From Pseudomonadota bacterium (GTDB lineage Bacteria; Pseudomonadota; Alphaproteobacteria; JACQOE01): DNA of 64,000 nucleotides. The notes beneath the pieces are model-generated. The model was not told the DNA's origin. It made no database searches and worked only from the letters and a program-made list of their open reading frames with translations. A program made the translations under genes and the position numbers. Below, piece by piece: positions 40,614-50,147 of the stretch. Location: contig JACQOE010000013.1 in assembly GCA_016202695.1 (NCBI GenBank), forward strand, positions 707 to 64,706, given 5' to 3'. Each line of letters begins with the position of its first letter. Position 1 is the first letter of the stretch.

Positions 40614-41977
40614 GCGGAAGGGCGGTCAGCGTCTTGCGTCCCGGGGGCGGGTTGATGCGCGAGATCCGCCGGCCGGGTCAGCTTCGCCACCTCTCGGACT
40701 CGGTGCTGCTGGAGGAGGCGGGAAGCCCTCGCCTGATCCGGGCGGCGATGCTGGTGGTCTTCCTGCTGGTCGCGGCCGTGGTCGGCTGGTCGGCGGTCAG
40801 TGAGGTGGACGAGGTGGCGGTCAGCTACGGCCAGGTGGTCCCCTCGGGCTCGATCCGCGCGGTGCAGCACCTCGAGGGCGGCATCGTCGCCGCCATACTG
40901 GTCCGCGATGGCGATTTCGTCGAGGAGGGGCAGGTGCTGGTGCGGCTCGACCCCTCGTCGGCGCAGGCCGAGCTGGAGCAGACGCGGGCGCGCTGGGCCT
41001 CGCTCGCGCTCAAGGCCGAGCGGCTGCGCGCCTTCGCCACCGACACCGAGTCCGATTTCTCCTTCGTCGACGAGCGCTATCGGGGGCTGGTCGAGGACCA
41101 GAAGGCGATTCTCGCAGCCAGCCGCAGCGCCCGCGCCTCCAAGATCTCGGTGCTGGAGAAGCAGATCCAGCAGCGCCGGGCGGAGCTGGCGATCCTCGAG
41201 CGCCAGCGCGGCACCGTCGAGCGCCAGATCAAGCTCTTCGACGAGGAGATGGAGATGCGCAAGACCCTGGTCGACAAGGGTCTCAACTCGCGCATCGTCT
41301 ACCTCAACATCCAGCGCGAGGTGAACAAGGCCCAGGGCGACCTGGCCCGCGTGCTCGGCCAGGTCCTTCAGGTGCGTGAGGCCGCCGGAGAGGTCGAGAA
41401 GCGCCTCGCCGACGTGACCGTGCAGATGAAGGAGGAGGCCCTCTCCGAACTCGGCACCACCCGGGCCGAGCTCGCCCAGGTGCGCGAGGCCCTGGCCAAG
41501 GTCGAAGACCGGGCGCGGCGCCTCGAGGTGCGAAGCCCGGTGCGGGGCGTGGTCAAGGGCCTCGCCGTCACCAGCGCGGGCGGGGTGATCGCGCCCGGCC
41601 AGCAGTTCCTCGAGGTGGTGCCGGTGGAGGACGAGCTGATCGTCGAAAGCCGGGTCACCCCGCGCGACGTCGGCCACGTGTCGGTGGGCCAGCCGGTGAC
41701 GGTGAAGATCGCGGCCTACGACTTCGCCCGCTACGGGGCCATTCCCGGCACCGTGCGCGGCATCTCGGCCTCGACCTTCGCCGAGGCCGACGGACAGCCC
41801 TACTACAAGGCCCGGATCGCGCTCGCCCGGAACTACGTGGGTGACAACCCGCGACGGAACCTGATCCTTCCCGGAATGACCGCCCAGGCCGACATCGATA
41901 CGGGCCAGAAGACCATCCTGCAATACCTGCTCAAGCCCATCTACGTCTCCGTGGAGCAGGCGTTCCGCGAGCGCTGA
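40610..41977 (+). CDS. HlyD-family T1SS membrane fusion protein
   Basis: GQVVPSG..RAVQHLEGGIV, long coiled coil, VRSPV.G.V, GM.A.ADI.TG.KT.LQYLLKP. ATGA overlap. Confidence 0.95.
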   Translation: MSGRAVSVLRPGGGLMREIRRPGQLRHLSDSVLLEEAGSPRLIRAAMLVVFLLVAAVVGWSAVSEVDEVAVSYGQVVPSGSIRAVQHLEGGIVAAILVRDGDFVEEGQVLVRLDPSSAQAELEQTRARWASLALKAERLRAFATDTESDFSFVDERYRGLVEDQKAILAASRSARASKISVLEKQIQQRRAELAILERQRGTVERQIKLFDEEMEMRKTLVDKGLNSRIVYLNIQREVNKAQGDLARVLGQVLQVREAAGEVEKRLADVTVQMKEEALSELGTTRAELAQVREALAKVEDRARRLEVRSPVRGVVKGLAVTSAGGVIAPGQQFLEVVPVEDELIVESRVTPRDVGHVSVGQPVTVKIAAYDFARYGAIPGTVRGISASTFAEADGQPYYKARIALARNYVGDNPRRNLILPGMTAQADIDTGQKTILQYLLKPIYVSVEQAFRER

Positions 41978-42228
41978 TGCCGGCGGGCCGGAGACGAGGG
42001 TCGGCAGTTCTTGCCGGGTGGGGCGAGCCCCTGGTCGCGGGCGGGGGTGTTCGCGAGCGCGGAAATGTTGTAAATTTCTGATAAGAGATTATTTAAGAAG
42101 GGACGTTAACCTATTGTTTACAAATGTGCAGGACCGTGAAACTGGGGTGATAGGCCCCGAGCCGCGCGACGATGGAGTCGGGCTGGGTAGCGTGCTGCCC
42201 CCGGCGCGATTCTTGCTTGTAGGTCAAG

Positions 42229-45200
42229 GTGGTGGCTGAGCAACAGGAACCTACGACCGAGACGGCCGATGAAGGCACGCTGCTCGACGAGCTCACGGTC
42301 CTGCAGCCGGAGCCCGCGTCGTCGCAGTCGCAGGGCCGCGACCAGCCGGCGGTGGAGGAGACGGCCGCGCCGCGCCCACCCGAGGGCGGCGATCAGAGCG
42401 GCAATTCCGCGATCCAAGTCGGCTCCAACATCGTCCAGGACGCCGTCATCCGCGAGCAGCTCGGCGGCGGCGGGCCGGTCGTTGCCGACGAGGAGGTCCA
42501 CGGCGAGGAGCGCGCCGCCGAGGTCGACGTCGCCCAGCTCGACCGGCTGGTTTCCCTCGACCTCGGCCTGACCTCGGGGCGGACCGGGACCGCCGAGCAG
42601 CAGGCCGCAGCCGGGGTCGAGCGGATCGGCGGCGGCGAGGGCAGATCGGCCGAGGGCGGGCCGCGGGGCACCGAGGCGCCGGCGCTGGTCCAGGTCGGCG
42701 CCGCGGCCGGCCCAGGCGCCGTCTCCGGCGCGACGCCGGTGGTGGCGAGCACGGTCGGCGAGCCTGCACGATCGGGCGAGGGCGCGACCACCTCTACCGC
42801 CCGAACCGACGAGGCCCCGCGCGGGGCCCGGGTGGCCGAGGAGGCCCGAGAGCGCCCGGCACCGAGGCCGGCGGAGCCGCAGGCCGAGACCCGCTCGGCG
42901 CCGGCGGCGGAGCGCGAGGCGCCGACCGTCAGGCCGGTCGAGCCCGAGACGCGGCCCCAGGCCGCCGAAATCCACAGGCCGGCGGCGAGCGAGCCGATCA
43001 GCGTGCAGATTGATGCCACGGCCGAAGGGGCGAACCTTCGTGCCGGCAGCGTTCGCGGCGCCGAGGACACGGCGATCCCGCTCGACCTCTCGGCCGCGCT
43101 GATCGATTCCGATGGCTCCGAGACCATCACCTCGGTGCGGATTGCGGGTGTCCCCGACGGGGCGAAGCTCTCGGCCGGCAGCGACCTCGGCAACGGGGTG
43201 TGGGCGGTTTCGGCGGGCGACCTGTCGCGCCTCGCGCTGACCCCGCCGCCGAACGCCTCGGGCACCTTCACGCTGCGCTTGTCCACCGAGACGACCGAGG
43301 CCATCGGCGGCGCCAAGACCGTCAATACCGCGCAGTTCCAGGTTTCCGTCGGCGGGGTCGCGGACGCGCCTGTGGTGACGGTTGCGGCGGCGTCGGGGGG
43401 TGAGGACACGGCGATCCCGCTCTCGATCGGGGTGGCGCTGGCGGATGCGGACGGGTCGGAGGGGCTGGGCGCGATCACGATCTCGGGCGTTCCCGCCGGC
43501 GCGGTGTTGTCGGCGGGCGAGGACCAGGGTAATGGCGTGTGGGTGCTGACGCCGGCCCAGCTTGCCGGCTTGACGATCACGCCGGCTGCGGACAGCGACG
43601 CGGACTTCACGCTGACGGTTCGGGCGGAGACCGCGGAGGGTTCGACGACGGCGGCGGTGGAGCGGACGCTGGCGGTGACGGTCAGCGGGGTCGCGGACGC
43701 GCCTGTGGTGACGGTGTCGGACGCTGCGGGTGCCGCCGGCACCGCGATCCCGCTCTCGATCGGGGTCGGGCTTTCGGATACCGATGGCTCGGAGAGCCTG
43801 GGCGCGATCACCATCTCGGGTGTTCCCTCGGGGGCGGTGTTGTCGGCTGGGGAGGACCAGGGTAATGGCGTGTGGGTGCTGACGCCGGCCCAGCTCGCCG
43901 GACTCACGATCACCCCACCCCCGGGCAGTGCGCAGGAAGTCACGCTCACCGTCCAGGCCCGCTCGGTCGAGGGCGAGAACGGAGACGAGGCGCTCACCCA
44001 GAAAACCCTGCACGTCTCGCTCGCCGATGTTGCCGATCCGCCTAGCCTCACGGTGCACGACGCCCGCGGCGCGAGTGGCGCCGTCATCCCGCTGTTCATC
44101 CGCGCCGCCCTCAACGACACGGACGGGTCGGAGAGCCTGTCGGTCACCGTCTCCGGCCTGCCCGCGCAGGCGAGCCTCTCGGCCGGCGCCAATCTCGGCG
44201 GCGGAACCTGGTCGCTCGCCCCCGCTGATCTCAAGGGCCTGAAGCTGGACTTGCCGAGCGGATGGAGCAGCAATCTCGCGCTCCAGGTCGCGGCCACGGC
44301 CACCGAGCAGGCGAGCGGCGATACCGCCACCGTCGCCGGCACCATCAACGTGTGGGTCGCCTCGACCGCTCCAGGCGTCACCGTGTTCGCGGGCACGCTT
44401 GGCGACAACACCATCACTGGCACCGCCGGGGCCGACGACATCGACGCCAAGGCGGGCGACGACGTCGTCCTCGCCGGCGGCGGCGACGACGTGGTCTACG
44501 GCGGCACCGGCAAGGACACGATCTACGGCGCCGACGGCAACGACGTGGTCTACGGCGAGGGCGGCAAGGACACGATCTACGGCGACGCCGGCGAGGACGT
44601 TCTCTTCGGCGGGACCGACAAGGACACGCTCTACGGCGGCGCGGGCGACGACACCCTCTTCGGCGAGGACGGGGTGGATACCCTTTACGGCGAGGCGGGG
44701 AACGACGTTCTCGACGGCGGCGACGGCGCCGACACCCTGTTCGGCGGCACCGGCGACGACCTGCTCTTCGGCGGCAACGGGAACGACACGCTCTACGGCG
44801 AGGACGGCGACGACACGCTTTTCGGCGGCGACGACGCCGACGAACTGATGGGCGGCGCCGGCGACGATACGCTCTACGGCGAGGACGGGAAGGACACGCT
44901 CGACGGCGAGGACGGCAGCGACGTCCTCTACGGCGGCGGCGGCAAGGACACCCTCCACGGCGGCGACGGCGACGACAGCCTGTTCGGCGGCGACGGCGAC
45001 GACGTCCTTTACGGCGATGCGGAGGCCGGCTCGGACGGCGGCGGCGCTGGCGCCGGGTTCAACGACTATCTCGACGGCGGCGCCGGCGACGATACTCTTT
45101 ACGGCGGCGGTGGCAATGACACGGCCGTCGGCGGCGACGGGAGCGACCTCTTCATCATGCGCCCTGGAGGCGGCAACGACGTCTTCTACGGTGGCGACGG

Positions 45201-45447
45201 CGCGCAGTGGACGGACGTGGTCGAACTCCAGGCCGCGGACGGCTCGCAACTCGGCGGCGCGTGGGGGATGGAAGGCTCGGCGCCCGCGGGGGCCTGGACT
45301 CTCGCCCTCGATACGGGCGCGGTCACCGACAGCGGAACCCACCACGGGGTCAACTACGTCGACCTCACCCTCGATGCCTCGGGCGTGATCAGGCTGCCCG
45401 ACGGCAGCGAGGTCACCTTCGAGGGTGTCGAGCGGATCGAGTGGTAG
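42229..45447 (+). CDS. RTX (hemolysin-type Ca-binding) secreted protein / probable adhesin with four Ig-like domains
   Basis: Low-complexity N-terminus of about 260 aa, four repeats of about 111-113 aa, about 27 GGxGxDxLx nonapeptides, C-terminal ...[11 protein letters not shown]; lies directly after the T1SS genes. Confidence 0.92.
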   Translation: MVAEQQEPTTETADEGTLLDELTVLQPEPASSQSQGRDQPAVEETAAPRPPEGGDQSGNSAIQVGSNIVQDAVIREQLGGGGPVVADEEVHGEERAAEVDVAQLDRLVSLDLGLTSGRTGTAEQQAAAGVERIGGGEGRSAEGGPRGTEAPALVQVGAAAGPGAVSGATPVVASTVGEPARSGEGATTSTARTDEAPRGARVAEEARERPAPRPAEPQAETRSAPAAEREAPTVRPVEPETRPQAAEIHRPAASEPISVQIDATAEGANLRAGSVRGAEDTAIPLDLSAALIDSDGSETITSVRIAGVPDGAKLSAGSDLGNGVWAVSAGDLSRLALTPPPNASGTFTLRLSTETTEAIGGAKTVNTAQFQVSVGGVADAPVVTVAAASGGEDTAIPLSIGVALADADGSEGLGAITISGVPAGAVLSAGEDQGNGVWVLTPAQLAGLTITPAADSDADFTLTVRAETAEGSTTAAVERTLAVTVSGVADAPVVTVSDAAGAAGTAIPLSIGVGLSDTDGSESLGAITISGVPSGAVLSAGEDQGNGVWVLTPAQLAGLTITPPPGSAQEVTLTVQARSVEGENGDEALTQKTLHVSLADVADPPSLTVHDARGASGAVIPLFIRAALNDTDGSESLSVTVSGLPAQASLSAGANLGGGTWSLAPADLKGLKLDLPSGWSSNLALQVAATATEQASGDTATVAGTINVWVASTAPGVTVFAGTLGDNTITGTAGADDIDAKAGDDVVLAGGGDDVVYGGTGKDTIYGADGNDVVYGEGGKDTIYGDAGEDVLFGGTDKDTLYGGAGDDTLFGEDGVDTLYGEAGNDVLDGGDGADTLFGGTGDDLLFGGNGNDTLYGEDGDDTLFGGDDADELMGGAGDDTLYGEDGKDTLDGEDGSDVLYGGGGKDTLHGGDGDDSLFGGDGDDVLYGDAEAGSDGGGAGAGFNDYLDGGAGDDTLYGGGGNDTAVGGDGSDLFIMRPGGGNDVFYGGDGAQWTDVVELQAADGSQLGGAWGMEGSAPAGAWTLALDTGAVTDSGTHHGVNYVDLTLDASGVIRLPDGSEVTFEGVERIEW
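43021..44361 (+). repeat. Four tandem Ig/cadherin-like domain repeats in the RTX protein
   Basis: Units start near 43021, 43354, 43687 and 44026 (G/D-VAD-A/P-P...EDTAIPL...DGSE...GNGVW). Units 2 and 3 share long identical DNA stretches at 333-bp offset. Confidence 0.9.
44392..45155 (+). repeat. RTX nonapeptide (27-bp) repeat array
   Basis: 23 contiguous GxxGxDxLx units by my count, a short break, then 3-4 more. Confidence 0.92.
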
Positions 45448-45516
45448 CCGCCGGCGCGCGCTCGCGCGCGCCTCTCGGGTCAAGGCGGGCGGCGTTCGCA
45501 GCCCCGGCGGTGTGGA

Positions 45517-46722
45517 TCATTCCGCCGCCCGGCCTCGAGCCACCCCCAGCGTCTTCCCATCCCAGCGTCTGACGAGCGCGCAGGCGCCGATCGTCCCGGC
45601 CAGCGCCAGGGCTGCCATGGCATGGAAGGCGCCGGCACCAACGGCGGCATAGAGCGCCCCGGCGAGCATCAGGGCGAGCGCGCCGGCCCCGCCCGCGGCG
45701 AGCGCCCCGTAGACCCCTTGCGCGGTGGCGGCGAGGCGCGGCGGCACCGCCCGGGCCAGGAAATGCATCGCCCCCAGATGCGTCGCCCCGAAGCTGAGCG
45801 CGTGCAGCGCCTGCACCACCGCGAGCAGGGGAAGCCCGGTGCCGGTGGCGGCGAGGGTCCAGCGCAGGGTCGCACCGGCGCCCCCGACGACGATGAGCCC
45901 GACCGGCCCGAGGGCCGCGAGCAGGCGGGGGCCGGCGGCGAAGAGGAGAATCTCGGCCACCACCCCCTCCGCCCACAGGAGCCCGATCACGCCGGCACCG
46001 TGGCCGGCTCCCTGCCAGTGGAGCGTCCCGAAGCCGTAGAGCACGGCATGGCTCGCCTGGACGAGGGCGCCGCTGACGACGAACAGGGCGAAGACCGGAT
46101 GGCGGATCAGCTCGCGCGCCCTCAGGCCCCCGCGCGGGCCGCGCTCGTCCCCGCCGTCGGGGACGAACGCCGCCGCCGCCGCGGTCGCCGCCAGCGCGCC
46201 CAGCGCCATCCACAGCACCGTCTCCTCGGTGCGGCCGGCGAGCACCCGCCCGCCGATCGCCGAGGCGGCGATGAAGCTCAGCGATCCCCACAGCCGCACC
46301 CGGCCGTAGTCGAGCCGCCCGGCGGTGGCGTGGGCAAGGGTGAGCGCGTCGCCGAGCGGGATGAGGCCCGAGAACGCCACCCCCGACAGCAGGCTCACCG
46401 CCAGGATCGCGCCGAATCCCTCGGCCGGCAGGAACAGGGCGTAGGCCCCGAGGCTGGCGAGCGCCAGCCCGACCAGCATCCGCCGCGGCGCCCCCCAGTG
46501 ATCGGCCAGCCGGCCGACCAGCGCGCCGCAGCCGACCCGCATCCACTGCGCGGCCGACAGCGCGATGCCGATCTCGGCCGGACCAAGGCCGCGCGCGGCC
46601 AGCCACACGGGCCAGAACGGGAGGAGGATGCCGATCACGGTGAAGAGCGCCCCGTAGAAGGCCGAGAGGCGCGTCGCGACGAGGACGGGCGAGGCTCCGA
46701 CCGGGGCGAGGGGGCCGCTCAT
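45517..46722 (-). CDS. MFS transporter, HcaT/3-phenylpropionate-permease-like
   Basis: GILLPFWPVWL, YGRVRLWGS..F, SHAVLYGF, EGV.AEI and LHALSFG. Start ATG 46722. Confidence 0.88.
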   Translation of the reverse strand: MSGPLAPVGASPVLVATRLSAFYGALFTVIGILLPFWPVWLAARGLGPAEIGIALSAAQWMRVGCGALVGRLADHWGAPRRMLVGLALASLGAYALFLPAEGFGAILAVSLLSGVAFSGLIPLGDALTLAHATAGRLDYGRVRLWGSLSFIAASAIGGRVLAGRTEETVLWMALGALAATAAAAAFVPDGGDERGPRGGLRARELIRHPVFALFVVSGALVQASHAVLYGFGTLHWQGAGHGAGVIGLLWAEGVVAEILLFAAGPRLLAALGPVGLIVVGGAGATLRWTLAATGTGLPLLAVVQALHALSFGATHLGAMHFLARAVPPRLAATAQGVYGALAAGGAGALALMLAGALYAAVGAGAFHAMAALALAGTIGACALVRRWDGKTLGVARGRAAE

Positions 46723-46856
46723 GGCGCCCTTTTGGCGGAGCCGGCCGGCGCCGGTCAAGGCGCCTTGGGCGGCGGGCCCCCGCGCCCGTTGCCGGGCCCG
46801 GCCCCCGGGGGTAGCCTACGGGCCCGCGCGGACGGCATGGAACGGAGGGGGAATCG

Positions 46857-49106
46857 GTGCCTCACCTCGACTACCTGCCGGGGGAGATGGGCCGGGCCGA
46901 GATCGAGCCCAAGGGCGCCTTCGAGGCCGGCTCCTACCAGTCCTTCACCCTGACCTACACGGCCGGCAAGTTCGGCATCGACGACACCGGCAGCATCAAG
47001 ATCGGCTTCCGCCAGCAGAGCGACACCGCGCCCCTGCAGCTCGCCGACCCGGCGGCACCCAACTACGTGTCGGTCGAGGCCTCGAACAACGCCGTCCTCA
47101 AGGTCGCCTTCGATCCCAAGCTCAACATCCGGCCCTGGGGCCGGGTGCTGCACATCCGCGTCCAGCGCGGATACTTGCGCGCTGGCGACAGGATCGTGGT
47201 GCGCTACGGCGACCGGCGCTTCGGCTCGCCCGGGCTCAGGCTGCAGACTTTCTGCGAGCGGCGCTTCACCTTCAAGGTGTTCGTCGACGCCTTCGCGACC
47301 TACGAGTTCACCGAGCTTCCGCAATCGCCCGAGATCGCGATCGTGCCCGGCCCGCCCGTCACCTGGCGGGCGGTGCTCCCTACCCTCAGGCGGGCGGGGG
47401 AGGGCTTCCGGCTGGCGATCAAGGCCGAGGACCTGTGGGGCAACCCCTCCGACCGCGTCGACACGACGGTGCGGATTCGGGCCAACCGCAAGGTGGACGG
47501 CCTGCCCGCGAGCGCGACTCTCCGCCCGGGCGAGTTCGCCCGCGTAATCGACGGGTTGGCCGTGCGCGAGCCGGGCGAGGTGCAAATCGAGCTCGTCTCG
47601 GCCTCGGGCGAGCGCCTGGCGCGGGCGAATCCGCTCCGCGTCGTCGCCGCCGCCGAGCTCCGTCCCTACTGGGCCGACATGCACGGCCAGAGCGGAGAGA
47701 CGGTCGGCACCAACCCGGCCCGCGACTATTTCGCCTTCGGCCGCGACCGCGCCTTCCTCGACGTGATCGGCCATCAGGGCAACGACTTCCAGATCACGCC
47801 CGAGGTGTGGGCCGAGCTCGAGCGCCTGAGCGCCGAGTTCGACGCCCCCGGCCGGTTCGTCACCCTTCCCGGCTACGAGTGGTCGGGCAACACCGGCATG
47901 GGCGGCGACCGCAACGTCTACTTCGCCTGCGAGGGGAGGGCGATCCGGCGCTCGTCGCACGCGCTCGTCGCCGACCGCGCCGACGCCGCCGCCGACTGCC
48001 ACACCGCCCGCGAGCTGCACGCCGCGCTTGTCAGGCACGATCCGGACGCGATCGTGGTGCCGCACGTCGGCGGCCGCTACGCCGACATCGCGGTCGCGCA
48101 CGAGCCCAGGCTCGAGCACTCGGTCGAGGTGCACTCGGCCTGGGGCACGTTCGAGTGGATGCTCACCGACGCGCTCGCGCTCGGCTACCGGGTCGGCGTG
48201 GTCTGCAACAGCGACGGCCACAAGGGCCGGCCGGGGGCGAGCTACGCCGGGGCGGGCGAGTTCGGGGCCATCGGCGGGCTCACCTGCCTGCTGATGCCCG
48301 AGCTGTCTCGCGCGGCGGTGTTCGAGTGCCTGCGCCGCCGGCATCACTACGGCACCACCGGGGCGCGGCTGATCCTCGACGTCCGCGCCCGTTTCGACCG
48401 GCCGGCGGCGCTGTTCGACCGCAATCCCGCTCTGCCGGGGGCGTGCTCGCGGCCGGTCGGCGAGGCGATGATGGGCGACATCCTCAGGACCGAGGACGGC
48501 GAGGCGGCGCTGGCCGTCGACCTCGTCGGCTCGGCCCCGATCGAGCGGGTGGAGCTGCGCAACGGCGGCGAGACGCTGGAGGTGGTGCGCCCCTTCGGCG
48601 AGGCCCAGCTCGGCCGGCGCGTTCGCGTCATCTGGGAGGGGGCGGAGTACCGCGGCCGCGGCCGCCAGACCACCTGGGACGGGCGCGCCAGCCTGATCGG
48701 CAACCGCATCCTCCGCGCCTCGCCGGTGAACTTCCTCAACGCCGAGAAACGCCTGGCGGTGGAGGGGCCGACGGCGCTCTCCTGGCGCTCGGTCACCACC
48801 GGCAACCTCGCCGGCTTCGACCTCTGGCTCGAGGAGCCGCGGGCGGGCGAGCTGGTGATCGCCACCCCGCACGCGAGCGTGCGCCTCGCGGTCGAGGAGA
48901 TCGGGATCGAGGACCGGGTGTTCGAGGCGGGCGGGCTCGGCCGGCGGCTCCGCGTCTTCCGGCTGCCCGAGGAGAACGCGGCCCACGCGCTGCGGATCGA
49001 GCGCCGCCTGCGGCTCAGGGCCGGGGCGGACAACGCGCTCTACGTGGCGCTGACGCAGGAGGACGGGCACCGGGCCTGGTCGAGCCCGATCTATCTCGTG
49101 CCCTGA
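46857..49106 (+). CDS. DUF3604-like protein (PHP-type metallohydrolase barrel plus beta-sandwich domains)
   Basis: WADMHGQSGET, HQGND, GYEWSGN..GGDRNV, PHVGG, EVHS.WG.FEW, NSDGH.GRPG, RR.YGTTG and AWSSPIY. Confidence 0.8.
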   Translation: MPHLDYLPGEMGRAEIEPKGAFEAGSYQSFTLTYTAGKFGIDDTGSIKIGFRQQSDTAPLQLADPAAPNYVSVEASNNAVLKVAFDPKLNIRPWGRVLHIRVQRGYLRAGDRIVVRYGDRRFGSPGLRLQTFCERRFTFKVFVDAFATYEFTELPQSPEIAIVPGPPVTWRAVLPTLRRAGEGFRLAIKAEDLWGNPSDRVDTTVRIRANRKVDGLPASATLRPGEFARVIDGLAVREPGEVQIELVSASGERLARANPLRVVAAAELRPYWADMHGQSGETVGTNPARDYFAFGRDRAFLDVIGHQGNDFQITPEVWAELERLSAEFDAPGRFVTLPGYEWSGNTGMGGDRNVYFACEGRAIRRSSHALVADRADAAADCHTARELHAALVRHDPDAIVVPHVGGRYADIAVAHEPRLEHSVEVHSAWGTFEWMLTDALALGYRVGVVCNSDGHKGRPGASYAGAGEFGAIGGLTCLLMPELSRAAVFECLRRRHHYGTTGARLILDVRARFDRPAALFDRNPALPGACSRPVGEAMMGDILRTEDGEAALAVDLVGSAPIERVELRNGGETLEVVRPFGEAQLGRRVRVIWEGAEYRGRGRQTTWDGRASLIGNRILRASPVNFLNAEKRLAVEGPTALSWRSVTTGNLAGFDLWLEEPRAGELVIATPHASVRLAVEEIGIEDRVFEAGGLGRRLRVFRLPEENAAHALRIERRLRLRAGADNALYVALTQEDGHRAWSSPIYLVP

Positions 49107-49186
49107 CCGCTGGGGGGCGGCGCTCCCCGGCTCGGTCGGCGCGTCACGCGCCGCCGGCCCCCGGGAGTGCGGCTGGGAGACGATCG

Positions 49187-50122
49187 ATGCTTCGCCTACG
49201 ACCGCACGCAACGCTCCGTCGCTGGCTGCTTGCCGGTTTGGCCTGGGCGGCGCTGTCGCCTGCCGTTCCGGCGGCGCAGATTCCGGTCATCGACGCCCAC
49301 AGCCAGCTCGCCGACGAGGTGGCGCCGGAGCAGGTGATCCGGCTCATGAACCAGGCGGGCGTCGCCCACACGATCCTCGCCGCGCGCGGCAGGACGACGC
49401 CCGAGGCGCTGATCGCATTCGCCCGCCGCCATCCGGCGCGGATCACCCCGGCGGTCCGCACCGAGGGGCGGGCCTACGCCGGCGACGCGCCCGAGTACTA
49501 CCGGGAGCTGGAGAGGCAGTTGAAGATGCCGGAGTTCGGCGCCATCGCCGAGGTCCTGATGTGGCAGGCGGCGAAGGGCAGGCTCGCGCCGCAGATCGTG
49601 GTTGCGCCCGATGACCGGCGGGTGCAGGTCGCGCTGGGGGCGACGATTGAGCGGGGCTGGCCGTTCATCGCCCACATCGAGTTCGCGGCCGCGGGCGCCG
49701 ACCGCGAGCCCTTCATGGCGAAGTTCCGCGCCATGCTCGCCGCCAACCCGTCGATCCCGTTCCTGCTCATCCACATGGGGCAGATCGGGCCGGCGGAGGT
49801 GAGAACGCTGATCGAGGCGCATTCGAACCTCCTGTTCCTCACCTCGAGCGCCAACCCGGTCGCGGCGGCGCGGTCGGGCCAGCCCTGGACGAACATGTTC
49901 GCGGGCGAGCACCTGGCGGCCGAGTGGAAGGAGCTGATGATCGACTTCCCGGAGAACTTCGTCCTCGCCTTCGACAACACCGCCCCGGAGCATTGGGGCG
50001 AGCCCTACCTCCGCCAGACGGCGCTGTGGCGGAAGGCGCTGGCGGAACTTCCGACCGAGGTCGCCCACGCCGTCGCCCACGGCAACGCCGAGCTCCTCTG
50101 GGGCCTGCCCCCGGCCCGGTAG
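49187..50122 (+). CDS. Secreted amidohydrolase-family (Amidohydro_2-like) TIM-barrel protein
   Basis: Signal peptide with RRWLL, then IDAHSQ, IAHIE, LIHMG, LAFD and A.GNA..L. Start ATG 49187. Confidence 0.8.
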   Translation: MLRLRPHATLRRWLLAGLAWAALSPAVPAAQIPVIDAHSQLADEVAPEQVIRLMNQAGVAHTILAARGRTTPEALIAFARRHPARITPAVRTEGRAYAGDAPEYYRELERQLKMPEFGAIAEVLMWQAAKGRLAPQIVVAPDDRRVQVALGATIERGWPFIAHIEFAAAGADREPFMAKFRAMLAANPSIPFLLIHMGQIGPAEVRTLIEAHSNLLFLTSSANPVAAARSGQPWTNMFAGEHLAAEWKELMIDFPENFVLAFDNTAPEHWGEPYLRQTALWRKALAELPTEVAHAVAHGNAELLWGLPPAR

Positions 50123-50147
50123 CCGGTCTGCGGCCCCGCAGGCGCGG

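Noticed and set aside
42590-42720. LapG cleavage site in the RTX N-terminus (QAAAG, GAAAG)
   Set aside because: Not the T/P-A-A-G context, Ala runs are common in this region, and no lapD/lapG is in the window.
44392-45155. CRISPR-like periodicity (27-bp units here; 54-bp units at 58340-58495)
   Set aside because: Both are in-frame coding repeats with synonymous variation and no unique spacers; no cas genes.
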